DNA of 31,483 nucleotides, taken from positions 1-31,483 of IMG/VR virus record IMGVR_UViG_3300034388_000009; one strand, 5' to 3'. The DNA is from a virus. Its lineage: Duplodnaviria; Caudoviricetes. Positions 7,448 through 15,287 of the stretch are shown here, one piece after another. The first letter of the stretch is position 1. Each line of letters begins with the position of its first letter. The position numbers and the translations under genes are program-made. Under the pieces are notes generated by a model. It had not been told where the DNA came from and ran no database searches. It was given only the letters and a program-made list of their open reading frames with translations.

Positions 7448-9312
7448 ACGCGCACTCCCTTCTTGTCGTAGGGCACAAGCTCTGCCCAGTTGGTGATTGA
7501 GATCTTGCCCTCGGACGTCATGGGCACCTCGAAGGGTGTGAACTCCATCGCGCCCTGCAGGACCTGCATGCCGACAGCCTCGTGGGGCTGAGGGCACATC
7601 GCTAGCATTTCGTCGTGCACCGTGAGCAGCAGCTTGTGCGTCACGGGCTTGGTCCGGTAGTAGTTGATCACGGCCTGCTTCGTCTGATCAGCGGCGCTGC
7701 CCTGCACCAGCACGTTGAGCATCTTGTACTCGAAGGTGCGGGGCTGGCCGTTGATCAGCTTGGGAGGTTCGCAGTGGTACTCGCGACCGCCCCAGGTGCG
7801 GAGCGGCTGCTTGGTCTGCGCAAGCTCACGCAGGCCCTGCTGCAGGTCCTTCAGGCCGGGGTAGATCGACAGCACCGCGCGCTTGGCCTCAGCGGCCTCG
7901 TCGTAGGTGCAGCCAGCCTTATCCGCCATGAGCTGGATGCCCATGCCGTAGATCAGTCCGAAGTTGATCTGCTTGATCACGCCACGCTTGAAGTCCTTAT
8001 CGAGTCGCGCGTTGATCTCCTCCATCGCGGTCTGGTGGGCGTCCATCCACGCGTCGGTGAGGTAGGCCTCGCTGAGTGCTCCGTCCTCGAAGTGCGCGAG
8101 GATGCGGATCTCCTGCTGGCTGTAGTCACGGTCGAGCAGGACGTAGCCCTTGGGCGCGATGATGTAGCTGCGCACCAACGGCAGCGGCGACAGCGCGAGA
8201 GGGCACTTGGGCAGGCCCTTCTGCTGGTGCGCCCACAACGGCGAGAACTCCTTCGGGATGTTCTGGAAGTTCGGGCTGGAGCTGAGTCGGCCGGTGACGG
8301 CACCGGCCACGCCCTTGCCGCCGTACTGCTTGAGCTGGTTCCACTGCGTGAAGATGTAGCCCTTGCTCGCGCGAGCGGTCTCAAGCCACGGCTTCATGAA
8401 CGTGCCCAGGCAGGTCTGCAGCGACGCCCGGTGGTTCAGAGCGGCACTCAGGGTCTTGTCCGTGACGGCACGGGCCAGAGCAGCCTTGTCGGTCTTGTAC
8501 GCGCCGGTGGGGGTGGTGCCCAGCAGCTCGGTGTCGACCTTCCCGGCCTCGATGAGCGCGTTGACCAACTCCTCGCCGCTGTCCAGGTTGACCTTCGACT
8601 TGATGCGCCTGTGGCACCAGCTGGACAGCGCAGCGAGTTCGCTGTCGTACTTCTCGCAGTCGCGCATCAGGCCCACCAGATCGACCGGTACGCCTTGGCG
8701 CTCCATGTCGAGCAGGCACGTGAGCAGCTCACGCTCACGGTCCAGAGCGCCGATCATCTTCCGCTTCTTGAGCACAGGCATCAGCTTGCGGTGCAGCATC
8801 TCGGTGCGGATGACGTCGCCGTCGGCGTACTTACCGACGAGGTCCCCGGGTGCCTTGCAGATGAACGCTCCCCAGTTCTTCGACGCGCGTGTGCAGTAGC
8901 CGTGCTTGACCAGCCAGTCGCGCACTTCGTCACGCTCGGTGGGCGCGATGCCAAGGAGTACCTCGGCCTGCGCCTTCAGCGCGTGGGACGGCGCGTGAGG
9001 GTCGTGGAGGAAGACCTCCAGCATCGTGTCGTGGATCTTGTCCCAGGGGAGCTGGGGCAGGTTCATGTGCGTCTCGGCCACGTCGATGTCGAACTTCGCG
9101 TTGTGGCAGAGGACGCCGCCCTCGTGGGACCACGCCTTGGCGAGCGCGATCTGGGCCTGGGCCTTGGTGCAGTTGTTCCCTTCCGGGTGGCCGAAGGCGT
9201 AGTAGCGCGCCTTCTCGCCGGGGTACTTGATGGAGACACCCACCGGCTTGGGCGGGTAGTCGGGGCGGGGGGCTATCGCTTCGGTCTCGAAGTCGATGGT
9301 GACGGGGTGCAC
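7444..9312 (-). CDS. polA: Family A DNA polymerase with 3'-5' exonuclease domain
   Basis: IDFETE (ExoI), HNAKFD (ExoII), YADGD (ExoIII), TGRLSSSPNFQNIP, DYSQQEIR (motif A), RGVIKQINFGLIYG (motif B), VQGSAAD, VHDE (motif C). Confidence 0.96.
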   Translation of the reverse strand: MHPVTIDFETEAIAPRPDYPPKPVGVSIKYPGEKARYYAFGHPEGNNCTKAQAQIALAKAWSHEGGVLCHNAKFDIDVAETHMNLPQLPWDKIHDTMLEVFLHDPHAPSHALKAQAEVLLGIAPTERDEVRDWLVKHGYCTRASKNWGAFICKAPGDLVGKYADGDVIRTEMLHRKLMPVLKKRKMIGALDRERELLTCLLDMERQGVPVDLVGLMRDCEKYDSELAALSSWCHRRIKSKVNLDSGEELVNALIEAGKVDTELLGTTPTGAYKTDKAALARAVTDKTLSAALNHRASLQTCLGTFMKPWLETARASKGYIFTQWNQLKQYGGKGVAGAVTGRLSSSPNFQNIPKEFSPLWAHQQKGLPKCPLALSPLPLVRSYIIAPKGYVLLDRDYSQQEIRILAHFEDGALSEAYLTDAWMDAHQTAMEEINARLDKDFKRGVIKQINFGLIYGMGIQLMADKAGCTYDEAAEAKRAVLSIYPGLKDLQQGLRELAQTKQPLRTWGGREYHCEPPKLINGQPRTFEYKMLNVLVQGSAADQTKQAVINYYRTKPVTHKLLLTVHDEMLAMCPQPHEAVGMQVLQGAMEFTPFEVPMTSEGKISITNWAELVPYDKKGVRV

Positions 9313-9497
9313 AGTTCCTCCCTCTCGCGCTTAGCGCGGAGACGATTGATGCGTGAGTGGATCCGCTTGAGCATGAACGGACGGTTCTGGTTCAGAATCT
9401 CGGCGCGGAGCAGGAGCTTCGCGTAGTCCTCGGTGCAATCGCGCAGCGCGTCCTGTAGCGTGTGCCACGTGCGCAGCGCCTTCTCGATCGAGGTCAT
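9273..9497 (-). CDS. Hypothetical protein (74 aa) immediately upstream of the polymerase
   Basis: GGAGG RBS; helical, Arg-rich (RIHSRINRLRAKREREEL); overlaps the polymerase start. Confidence 0.75.
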   Translation of the reverse strand: MTSIEKALRTWHTLQDALRDCTEDYAKLLLRAEILNQNRPFMLKRIHSRINRLRAKREREELCTPSPSTSRPKR

Positions 9498-9506
9498 AGG
9501 GCCTCC

Positions 9507-9545
9507 GAAGAAGCGGGGGCGACGTGGTGAGCGCCGCCCCCTGCT
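9507..9545 (-). terminator. Weak intrinsic terminator/hairpin after the ssDNA-binding gene
   Basis: On - strand GGGGGCGGCG-ctcacca-CGTCGCCCCC (one G-U pair) followed by GCTTCTTC. Confidence 0.5.
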
Positions 9546-9550
9546 GTGGT

Positions 9551-10381
9551 CTAGGTGTACTTACGCTTCGCCTTGGCGGCAGGCTTGTCCGGCTTCGGCT
9601 GGTTGACGCTGAAGGGGAAGGCGATGTCGTCGACAGCGGCCTTCATCTTCTTGTAGATCGCGTCCATCACCGCGTTGGGCGCAGCGGCCAGAGCGTCGAA
9701 CTGCACGACGGTGGCAGGCAGCTTGCCGGTCGGGTTCGGCACGACCTTCATGTGCGTGAACATCGACCAGATCGGGCGGCTGAGGGCCTGGGCCGTCTCC
9801 ATGATGAGTCGGGAGAGGCTGGGCACGCTGGTGACGGGCAGCTTGACGTACGCGATCTGCGCGCCGTCGAACTGCTCGGCCTTGGTGAACGGGGTGAACT
9901 TCTCGCCAGCGGCCATGGTACCGGCCGGGATCACGGCGAGTCGGCGGGTGTTCTGGCAGGCCTTGCCCTTGCCGGTGCCGCTGCCCCACTGGTTCAGGGG
10001 GCAGGTCGCGCACTTGTCGCTGACCCGCTGCACCACGTCCTTGTGGGGAGCCATGTCGGGCTTGCCGTCCCAGGTGTTGATGCCCTGGACGACCACGTCG
10101 CCGGTCTTGGGGTCGACCACGTCGCGAGCGAACGCGTAGCAGTCGGGACTGACGATGTTGTTGGGGTCGTACGTGCCCTCGTAGTAGAGGTTCGCGTGGA
10201 TGTTGTCCAGCACGACGACGGCCGCGCCGTAGGGCAGGGGGGCCCCGCCGAACTTGAGCTGGTTGTTCGTGTTGAAGAAGGGGCGGTCGACCGACTTGCT
10301 CTCGGCCTTCGCGGCGAAGACGGCAGACGCTGCCATCTCGGATTCCCAGGTGTTGAGCTGGGTGGTGGTCTTCTTGGCCAT
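9551..10381 (-). CDS. Putative ssDNA-binding/annealing protein with Cys cluster
   Basis: NLYYEGTYDP...PDCYA...CATCPLNQWGSGTGKGKACQNTRRLA pattern; sits in the replication module next to PolA. Confidence 0.6.
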   Translation of the reverse strand: MAKKTTTQLNTWESEMAASAVFAAKAESKSVDRPFFNTNNQLKFGGAPLPYGAAVVVLDNIHANLYYEGTYDPNNIVSPDCYAFARDVVDPKTGDVVVQGINTWDGKPDMAPHKDVVQRVSDKCATCPLNQWGSGTGKGKACQNTRRLAVIPAGTMAAGEKFTPFTKAEQFDGAQIAYVKLPVTSVPSLSRLIMETAQALSRPIWSMFTHMKVVPNPTGKLPATVVQFDALAAAPNAVMDAIYKKMKAAVDDIAFPFSVNQPKPDKPAAKAKRKYT

Positions 10382-10495
10382 GGGGGATGCTCCATGATGT
10401 GCCCCTGTGGGGCGTGGTAGGGGGTAGAGGGTGCCTCTGCGGTGTCGGACGACCCAACACCGCAGGACGGGGTGCCAGGGGCCTTAAAAAGGCTC

Positions 10496-10891
10496 CTAGG
10501 AGATCTTGTTGAGGGAGACGGTGACCTTGGGGTAGGCGACGATGCCGGGGACCTTCTTGCCGTCCTCCCACAGCTCCTCGACAGCCTTGGAGCTGACGCG
10601 CTTCTGGAGGAGGTGCCACGCCTTCTGCTTGGCGACGTACGCGTAGACCTTGACCCAGTCCTCGACCTGGGGCACGTCCTTGATGATGAGGGAGACGCGC
10701 GCGACCTTGCCCTGGACGCCGGTGCTGTCGTCCTTGGGGAGGCGGTTGATCAGCTCGGCTTCGATGGCCTTGCGCTCGTCGTCGATCGCGTCGAGCTTGG
10801 CCTGGGCCTCGGCCTTCAAGGCCTTCAGCTTGTAGAGCCGGTCAGCCATGGCGGCGACGGTCTTGGGGAGGGTGATGCTGGCATGTGACAT
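10496..10891 (-). CDS. Conserved hypothetical replication-module protein (coiled coil plus beta domain, Gam/gp157-like architecture)
   Basis: N-terminal coiled coil (ADRLYKLKALKAEAQAKLDAIDDE), then PQVEDW...LLQKRVS...VPGI; GGAG RBS. Confidence 0.7.
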   Translation of the reverse strand: MSHASITLPKTVAAMADRLYKLKALKAEAQAKLDAIDDERKAIEAELINRLPKDDSTGVQGKVARVSLIIKDVPQVEDWVKVYAYVAKQKAWHLLQKRVSSKAVEELWEDGKKVPGIVAYPKVTVSLNKIS

Positions 10892-10959
10892 GTGGGGCTC
10901 CGTGTGGTCAGTGTACGCCTGACCGTGGCGTGCCGCTGGGAATCAGCAGCGCAGGTTTA

Positions 10960-11070
10960 CTAGAACAGGACGGTGATGGTGGCATCGACCGCGTCAGGAA
11001 GGAAGCGCAGGAGCGCACCGATGAAGGCGGCTCCTGCGATGAAGAGGATGAGGCGATCGCGCTTGGTCAT
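10960..11070 (-). CDS. Small membrane protein (36 aa, MTKRDRLILFIAGAAFIGALLRFLPDAVDATITVLF)
   Basis: Read by hand; GGAGG RBS, ATGA overlap with the upstream stop, one hydrophobic helix; below the ORF track cutoff. Confidence 0.65.
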   Translation of the reverse strand: MTKRDRLILFIAGAAFIGALLRFLPDAVDATITVLF

Positions 11071-11237
11071 CGCACCCTCCGCGCCTCTGCGATGAGTTGG
11101 CGCATCAGGAGTTCCTTCAGCTGAGACTCGGCCTGGGTCATCTGTTGGCCGGTCAGCTTGCGCTTGAGCATGGCTGTCTCTTCCTTGCTGAGCAGGATGA
11201 GAGTCTCGTCGTTGATGGTGGTGGTCACATAGGCCAT
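11067..11237 (-). CDS. Hypothetical protein (56 aa, MAYVTTTIND...)
   Basis: ATG 2 nt after the DUF932 gene stop; GC3-rich codons. Confidence 0.65.
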   Translation of the reverse strand: MAYVTTTINDETLILLSKEETAMLKRKLTGQQMTQAESQLKELLMRQLIAEARRVR

Positions 11238-11239
11238 GG

Positions 11240-12214
11240 TTACACCGTCACGAGTTCGAGCAGGGTGGAGAGGGCCTGGGTCTTCTGCTTCGCGCCGTTG
11301 CCGAACACGATGGAGTTGGTCCGGTCGTCGGTGCCCTTGACCTGGGACATCCAGTCCGTCCACTCGGTGAAGGCCTGCAGCATGCCGTAGGCGTTGCCGG
11401 TGCGGCCGGGGATCTCGGTGCCCTTGCCGTTGACCATGAGGTACTCGAACTGGTCGAGCTTGTTGAGCAGCACGGTCTTGCCACGGCCTTCCTCGCGCTC
11501 GTCGATGCTGCCGAACATGCGGCGCTCGAACTCGGTGACGAGGTCGTTCGTGAGCTTCTTCTTGGCCAGGAACTGCAGGGCCTCGACGAAGGACTTCTGG
11601 TGCTCCGCGTGGGCCGCGACGATCTTGGCCGCGATCGCGAGCTTGTCCTTCTGGCTGTTGGTGTGGCGGATGCGCACCACACTGGTGGCCTTCTCGCTCT
11701 CGGCGATGTTGAGCGTGTTGTTGCAGACCACGGTGATGCTGGTGCCACGGTACTCGGTCACGCTCTGACCGTCGAAGCCGGTGGTGAACAGGTGGCGGAT
11801 CTCGATCGGGTCGCCCTTGACGATCTCGATCGTGCGGTCGGTCTTCGGCGCGGCCAGGATCCAGATCTTCCCGGTGCTGAGCATGCCAGCGGTGCGGTAC
11901 TGCATCTGGTCCGACTTGATGAGGCTGTCGGTGAAGTCGAACGCCTCCTGCGGCTGCAGGGGCTCGTAGCGGTCGCCGACGATGCCGAAGACCTGCTTGG
12001 TGTCGCTGCTGACGTTGGCGTACGAGCCGTCGATCTTGGTGCCGTCGGCGAGGAAGATCGGCATCTTCTCGACCGTGAAGTCGAGCTTGGCGGCGCGGAT
12101 CATCTCGGCGGAGGTCTGAGCGGTGCGGACGTTGGTGCCCAGCTGGTGCCAGGGGTTGACGTCGGCGTGTGCGAACCGGGCTTCGCCGTTGCGGAAGGAA
12201 AGGTTGTGGGCCAT
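11240..12214 (-). CDS. DUF932/DUF945-family phage/plasmid protein
   Basis: MAHNL...PWHQLG...AKLDFTVEK...VGDRYEPLQPQEAFDF...ITVVCNNTL...IRHT...AFTEWTD motifs; AAGGAG RBS. Confidence 0.9.
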   Translation of the reverse strand: MAHNLSFRNGEARFAHADVNPWHQLGTNVRTAQTSAEMIRAAKLDFTVEKMPIFLADGTKIDGSYANVSSDTKQVFGIVGDRYEPLQPQEAFDFTDSLIKSDQMQYRTAGMLSTGKIWILAAPKTDRTIEIVKGDPIEIRHLFTTGFDGQSVTEYRGTSITVVCNNTLNIAESEKATSVVRIRHTNSQKDKLAIAAKIVAAHAEHQKSFVEALQFLAKKKLTNDLVTEFERRMFGSIDEREEGRGKTVLLNKLDQFEYLMVNGKGTEIPGRTGNAYGMLQAFTEWTDWMSQVKGTDDRTNSIVFGNGAKQKTQALSTLLELVTV

Positions 12215-12244
12215 GGTGGTGCTCCTTGGGATGTGAGTGGTGGT

Positions 12245-12541
12245 TTAGATGTTGGTGAACGCGGCGGTGAGGATCTCGGTGGTCGGCTCGTGGGGCACGA
12301 GGTCGAGCATCTGTGCGTACTCCTCGCCCATCCGTTCGACGACGAGTTCGCGGGAGCCCGTGGTCCCGGGCTTGACGTCGTAGCGGCTGGGGACCCGGTT
12401 GCCCCAGAAGTCGGTGGTCTGCGTGGGCCCGAGCATGACGAGCCCTTCCCGCATCATGTCGGTGGCGGTGCGGCCCATCGCGCCTTCGAGACGCCAGATG
12501 AGGCCTGAGTTGAGGACGAGTTGAGCGGTGACGGGGTTCAT
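12245..12541 (-). CDS. Hypothetical protein (98 aa, MNPVTAQLVLNSG...)
   Basis: AAGGAG RBS and ATGA overlap with the upstream gene; the longer 288-aa frame in the track is an upstream extension across other genes. Confidence 0.75.
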   Translation of the reverse strand: MNPVTAQLVLNSGLIWRLEGAMGRTATDMMREGLVMLGPTQTTDFWGNRVPSRYDVKPGTTGSRELVVERMGEEYAQMLDLVPHEPTTEILTAAFTNI

Positions 12542-12804
12542 GACTGTTCTCCTTCGAGCAGGACCATCTCGGTCTCGATCTCGTTGACGATGTGCTGGAG
12601 CTTCTCCATCCTGCGTACGTGCTGGGCCATCGCCATCTCGAAGACGCCCTCGACGGGGTAGTAGTCGCGGGGGTGCGGCGTCATGGCCGCGAGCTTCTCC
12701 AGGGTGGTGTGGAGCGCCATGCGGAGGTCGTGGCGCTCGCGGATCAGGGTGTGACGGCCGGAGCCGTTGAGGTGGACGATGGGGACGATCGGGGTGATGG
12801 TCAT
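12538..12804 (-). CDS. Hypothetical protein (88 aa)
   Basis: AGGAG RBS; PIVHLNGSG...PHPRDYYP motif; tight gene packing. Confidence 0.75.
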   Translation of the reverse strand: MTITPIVPIVHLNGSGRHTLIRERHDLRMALHTTLEKLAAMTPHPRDYYPVEGVFEMAMAQHVRRMEKLQHIVNEIETEMVLLEGEQS

Positions 12805-12807
12805 GGG

Positions 12808-13029
12808 CTACTCCTGGGGGTAGATGGCGGAAGCTGCCTCGTCGTGCAGCGCGAGGATGAAGTTGGCGGGGATGGCAGCTGCCACGCGTGAGTTCTGCAG
12901 GATGACGAAGAACAGGCGGGACATGAGCCGTTCCATGCGGGCATTGTGGGTCAAGTCCTGGTACCAGGACAGGCCGTGTTCGCTGATGAGACGGTTGAGT
13001 TCTGCGCGGACGATCTGCTTGGGAGTCAT
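12808..13029 (-). CDS. Hypothetical protein (73 aa)
   Basis: GGAG upstream of ATG; fills the gap between neighbours. Confidence 0.7.
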   Translation of the reverse strand: MTPKQIVRAELNRLISEHGLSWYQDLTHNARMERLMSRLFFVILQNSRVAAAIPANFILALHDEAASAIYPQE

Positions 13030-13035
13030 GAGCTG

Positions 13036-13212
13036 CTACTCCATGTAGTTGGCGATGTCGATCTGCCGCAGGGTGTGCTGCAGGTCGCGGATGGTGGCGA
13101 GGAGGCGGCATGCGTCGACGCGACTGGCAGGGCCGTCGTTGTCGAGCCGCGCACCGAGCGTGATCAGCTCGGCGTCGGTGAGTGGGGTGTTGAGGATCTC
13201 GGGCCGGGTCAT
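13036..13212 (-). CDS. Hypothetical protein (58 aa, MTRPEILNTPLTDAELITLG...)
   Basis: Read by hand; AGGAGG RBS, TAG stop at 13036-13038; below the ORF track cutoff. Confidence 0.7.
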   Translation of the reverse strand: MTRPEILNTPLTDAELITLGARLDNDGPASRVDACRLLATIRDLQHTLRQIDIANYME

Positions 13213-13221
13213 GTGGACCTC

Positions 13222-13443
13222 CTAGATGAAACCAAGACGGCGGAAGAGCATGCGGTTGTCGTTGTGGCGGGTCACAGCGTAGTCGAGCGCCTGCTTCATG
13301 AAGCCGGGGGTGACCTCCGTGGTCTTCATCCGACGCTTGATGTCGGCCTCGATCACGTGGCTGAGGGTGTCGACGTGGTACTTGTCGACGACGCTGCGGA
13401 TGATGTACTTGTCGGTGGTGCTGAGCTTGCTCTTACGGGCCAT
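13222..13443 (-). CDS. Basic hypothetical protein (73 aa, MARKSKLSTT...), first gene of an early unit
   Basis: AAGGAG RBS before ATG 13443. Confidence 0.75.
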   Translation of the reverse strand: MARKSKLSTTDKYIIRSVVDKYHVDTLSHVIEADIKRRMKTTEVTPGFMKQALDYAVTRHNDNRMLFRRLGFI

Positions 13444-13708
13444 GGTGGTCTCCTTGTCATGTGGCATGTGTGGGGTGTTGGCGAGCACCGCGCCATCGCA
13501 ACAGCGCGGTGCCCTGGGTGTTTCGTTTCCGGTATGTCGATCACTCGCTCAAGGCCCGTTCGCTTCACGTCCGCTCTCCATGCGGCACGTCGTCGGTGTC
13601 TTTGCCTCGCGTCAGCTCTCGACCGTCTCGCTCACGTTCTGAAACGCGGCGGCTGGGGTGTCTTGTTCAGCGTTCTTAGGTTTTCAAGGATCGTGGTACT
13701 GCTCCATC

Positions 13709-13739
13709 ATTTTACCCACCTGCACAGCTGGCTTGTAAA
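13709..13739 (-). promoter_or_regulatory. Putative sigma70-type early promoter
   Basis: TTTACA-N19-TAAAAT on - strand with an AT-rich tract upstream (13745-13758), just downstream of a terminator; the spacer is longer than consensus. Confidence 0.5.
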
Positions 13740-13770
13740 CCACTATTTTCAAGAAAAACGCAACCCATTG

Positions 13771-13794
13771 AAAAGGCCCACACTTAGGTGGGCC
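13771..13794 (-). terminator. Intrinsic terminator
   Basis: GGCCCAC-N6-GTGGGCC stem followed by TTTT on - strand, downstream of gene 13819-14112. Confidence 0.65.
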
Positions 13795-13818
13795 AGTTCA
13801 GGGTGGGTGTGACCCAGA

Positions 13819-14112
13819 TCACAGGGGTCGGTAGCTGTCCGGGTCGTAGTGGGTACCCGCGATCTTCTCCATCGCGATCAGCACGTCGGGGTTGAGCGGA
13901 GGCCGCACCGGCTCCGGCACACTCTCGTGGTAGGTCACGGCGACGACGGGGATCTCGGCCTCGATCACGAGGACCGACTCCAGGACGTGGACACGGTGGC
14001 GGGTCTCCTTCGCCAGTGCACGGGCACGCTGGCGAGCGGACTCCTTGTTGAGGTACTTGGTGCGAGGTCCGACGGTACCTTCGACGTGGACCATCCAATA
14101 CTTGTTGGACAT
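13819..14112 (-). CDS. Hypothetical protein (97 aa)
   Basis: AAGGAG RBS; YWMV...P...ESARQRARALA...VHVLE pattern typical of small phage early proteins. Confidence 0.75.
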   Translation of the reverse strand: MSNKYWMVHVEGTVGPRTKYLNKESARQRARALAKETRHRVHVLESVLVIEAEIPVVAVTYHESVPEPVRPPLNPDVLIAMEKIAGTHYDPDSYRPL

Positions 14113-14142
14113 GGTGCTCTCCTTCTTGTGTTGCGGCGAGGG

Positions 14143-14406
14143 TCAGCCGCAGGTGGGGCAGGACGTGGACACGGTGGTCCACCCTACGGTGTGGGTCACG
14201 CGCTTGGTGCCGTGACAGTTGGGACACTTGCGAGCTGCGACGGCCTGCAGTGCGGCCTTGTAGTTCTGGTGGCCCTCGTCGAACGAGACGGGGTCGCCCC
14301 CCAGGTCGGGGTGAAGACTGCGAGCGAGTGTGCGCCACGCAGCCTTCACCTCGTCCGCGCTCGCCGTGTCGGTGAGTCCGAGTCGGGCGAACGGGCAGTC
14401 GCTCAC
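14143..14406 (-). CDS. J-domain (DnaJ-like) protein with C-terminal zinc finger
   Basis: PFARLGL...ASADEVKAAWRTLARSLHPDLGG has an intact HPD motif; CPNCHGTK...CPTCG resembles the DnaJ zinc-binding repeats. Confidence 0.88.
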   Translation of the reverse strand: MSDCPFARLGLTDTASADEVKAAWRTLARSLHPDLGGDPVSFDEGHQNYKAALQAVAARKCPNCHGTKRVTHTVGWTTVSTSCPTCG

Positions 14407-14621
14407 AGTACGGGCCTGCTCTTGCGGTCGTTCAGGAAGACGAGCAGGTCGCCCTTGCTGGTGGGGATGTCGAGCGCGGTGATGTCGACCTCCTTCCGCT
14501 TCATGCCGTAGTCACGCATGATGCCGACGCGGACCTGACGTGCCTCGGCCTCGGAGCCGGTGTACTTGGTGATGCCCCCGCCTTCAGGGCTGTAGGAACT
14601 GACCTTGTAGACCTTCATCAC
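14403..14621 (-). CDS. Hypothetical protein (about 72 aa)
   Basis: GGAGG RBS; overlaps both neighbours at start/stop codons. Confidence 0.7.
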   Translation of the reverse strand: MMKVYKVSSYSPEGGGITKYTGSEAEARQVRVGIMRDYGMKRKEVDITALDIPTSKGDLLVFLNDRKSRPVL

Positions 14622-15211
14622 GCACCTCCCTTCAGCGCGGCCTTGATCTCGCGCATCGCAGCGTTCTTGCCCTCGCGGTAGCCGGTAGCGTAGGCCTTGT
14701 CGGCTGCCTTCTTGACCTCAGCGGCGGTGTGCAGGCCCTTGGTCGCGGACTTCACAGCCTTGGTCTTGTCCTTGTCGAACTGCTTCGCGGCCTTGCTGGC
14801 GCTCTTCTTCGCCTGCTCCAGGGCCTTGTTCGCGGCCTTCATCTCCTTCTCGTGGGCCTTGTTCGCCTTGGCCACTGCCTTGCTCACAGCGTCATGCACG
14901 AGGCCCTTCAGGTCGGTGTGCACGACGGGATCGGTCTTCGGCTTCGCGGCGCGGGGCTTGCGCTCCTTCTTCTCCTTCACCGGCTTCGCGACGGCGACCG
15001 GCTCGGGGTTCATGACGACCTCGGCCTTCTGCTTGGCGACGAGGCTGTCGACGAAGGGCGTGTCGCTCTTCTTCTCGGCCTTCGGCTTCGCGGCCTTCTT
15101 GGCCTTGTCCGCAGCGGCGAAGACCTTCCGCTTCTTCTCCTTGGTGGTGGAGTCGAGCGGCAGCAGACCGGCCTGCTCGGGGTGGGGAGTGGTGGTGTTC
15201 TTGGTGGCCAT
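14618..15211 (-). CDS. Lys/Ala-rich basic protein (197 aa), histone H1-like composition
   Basis: GAGGAG RBS before ATG 15211; repeats such as AADKAKKAAKPKAEKK and KAVAKANKAHEKEMKAANK. Confidence 0.75.
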   Translation of the reverse strand: MATKNTTTPHPEQAGLLPLDSTTKEKKRKVFAAADKAKKAAKPKAEKKSDTPFVDSLVAKQKAEVVMNPEPVAVAKPVKEKKERKPRAAKPKTDPVVHTDLKGLVHDAVSKAVAKANKAHEKEMKAANKALEQAKKSASKAAKQFDKDKTKAVKSATKGLHTAAEVKKAADKAYATGYREGKNAAMREIKAALKGGA

Positions 15212-15287
15212 GATGGCTCCTCGGTTGTGGGGACGGTGCCCCGGTTGGTGGCTCTGAGACACGGCAGCAGAGCCTGGGAAAGGTGGT

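Noticed and set aside
12245-13111. 288-aa ORF as a single gene
   Set aside because: Only the last 98 codons have an RBS and normal composition; the upstream part overlaps three better-supported genes in other frames
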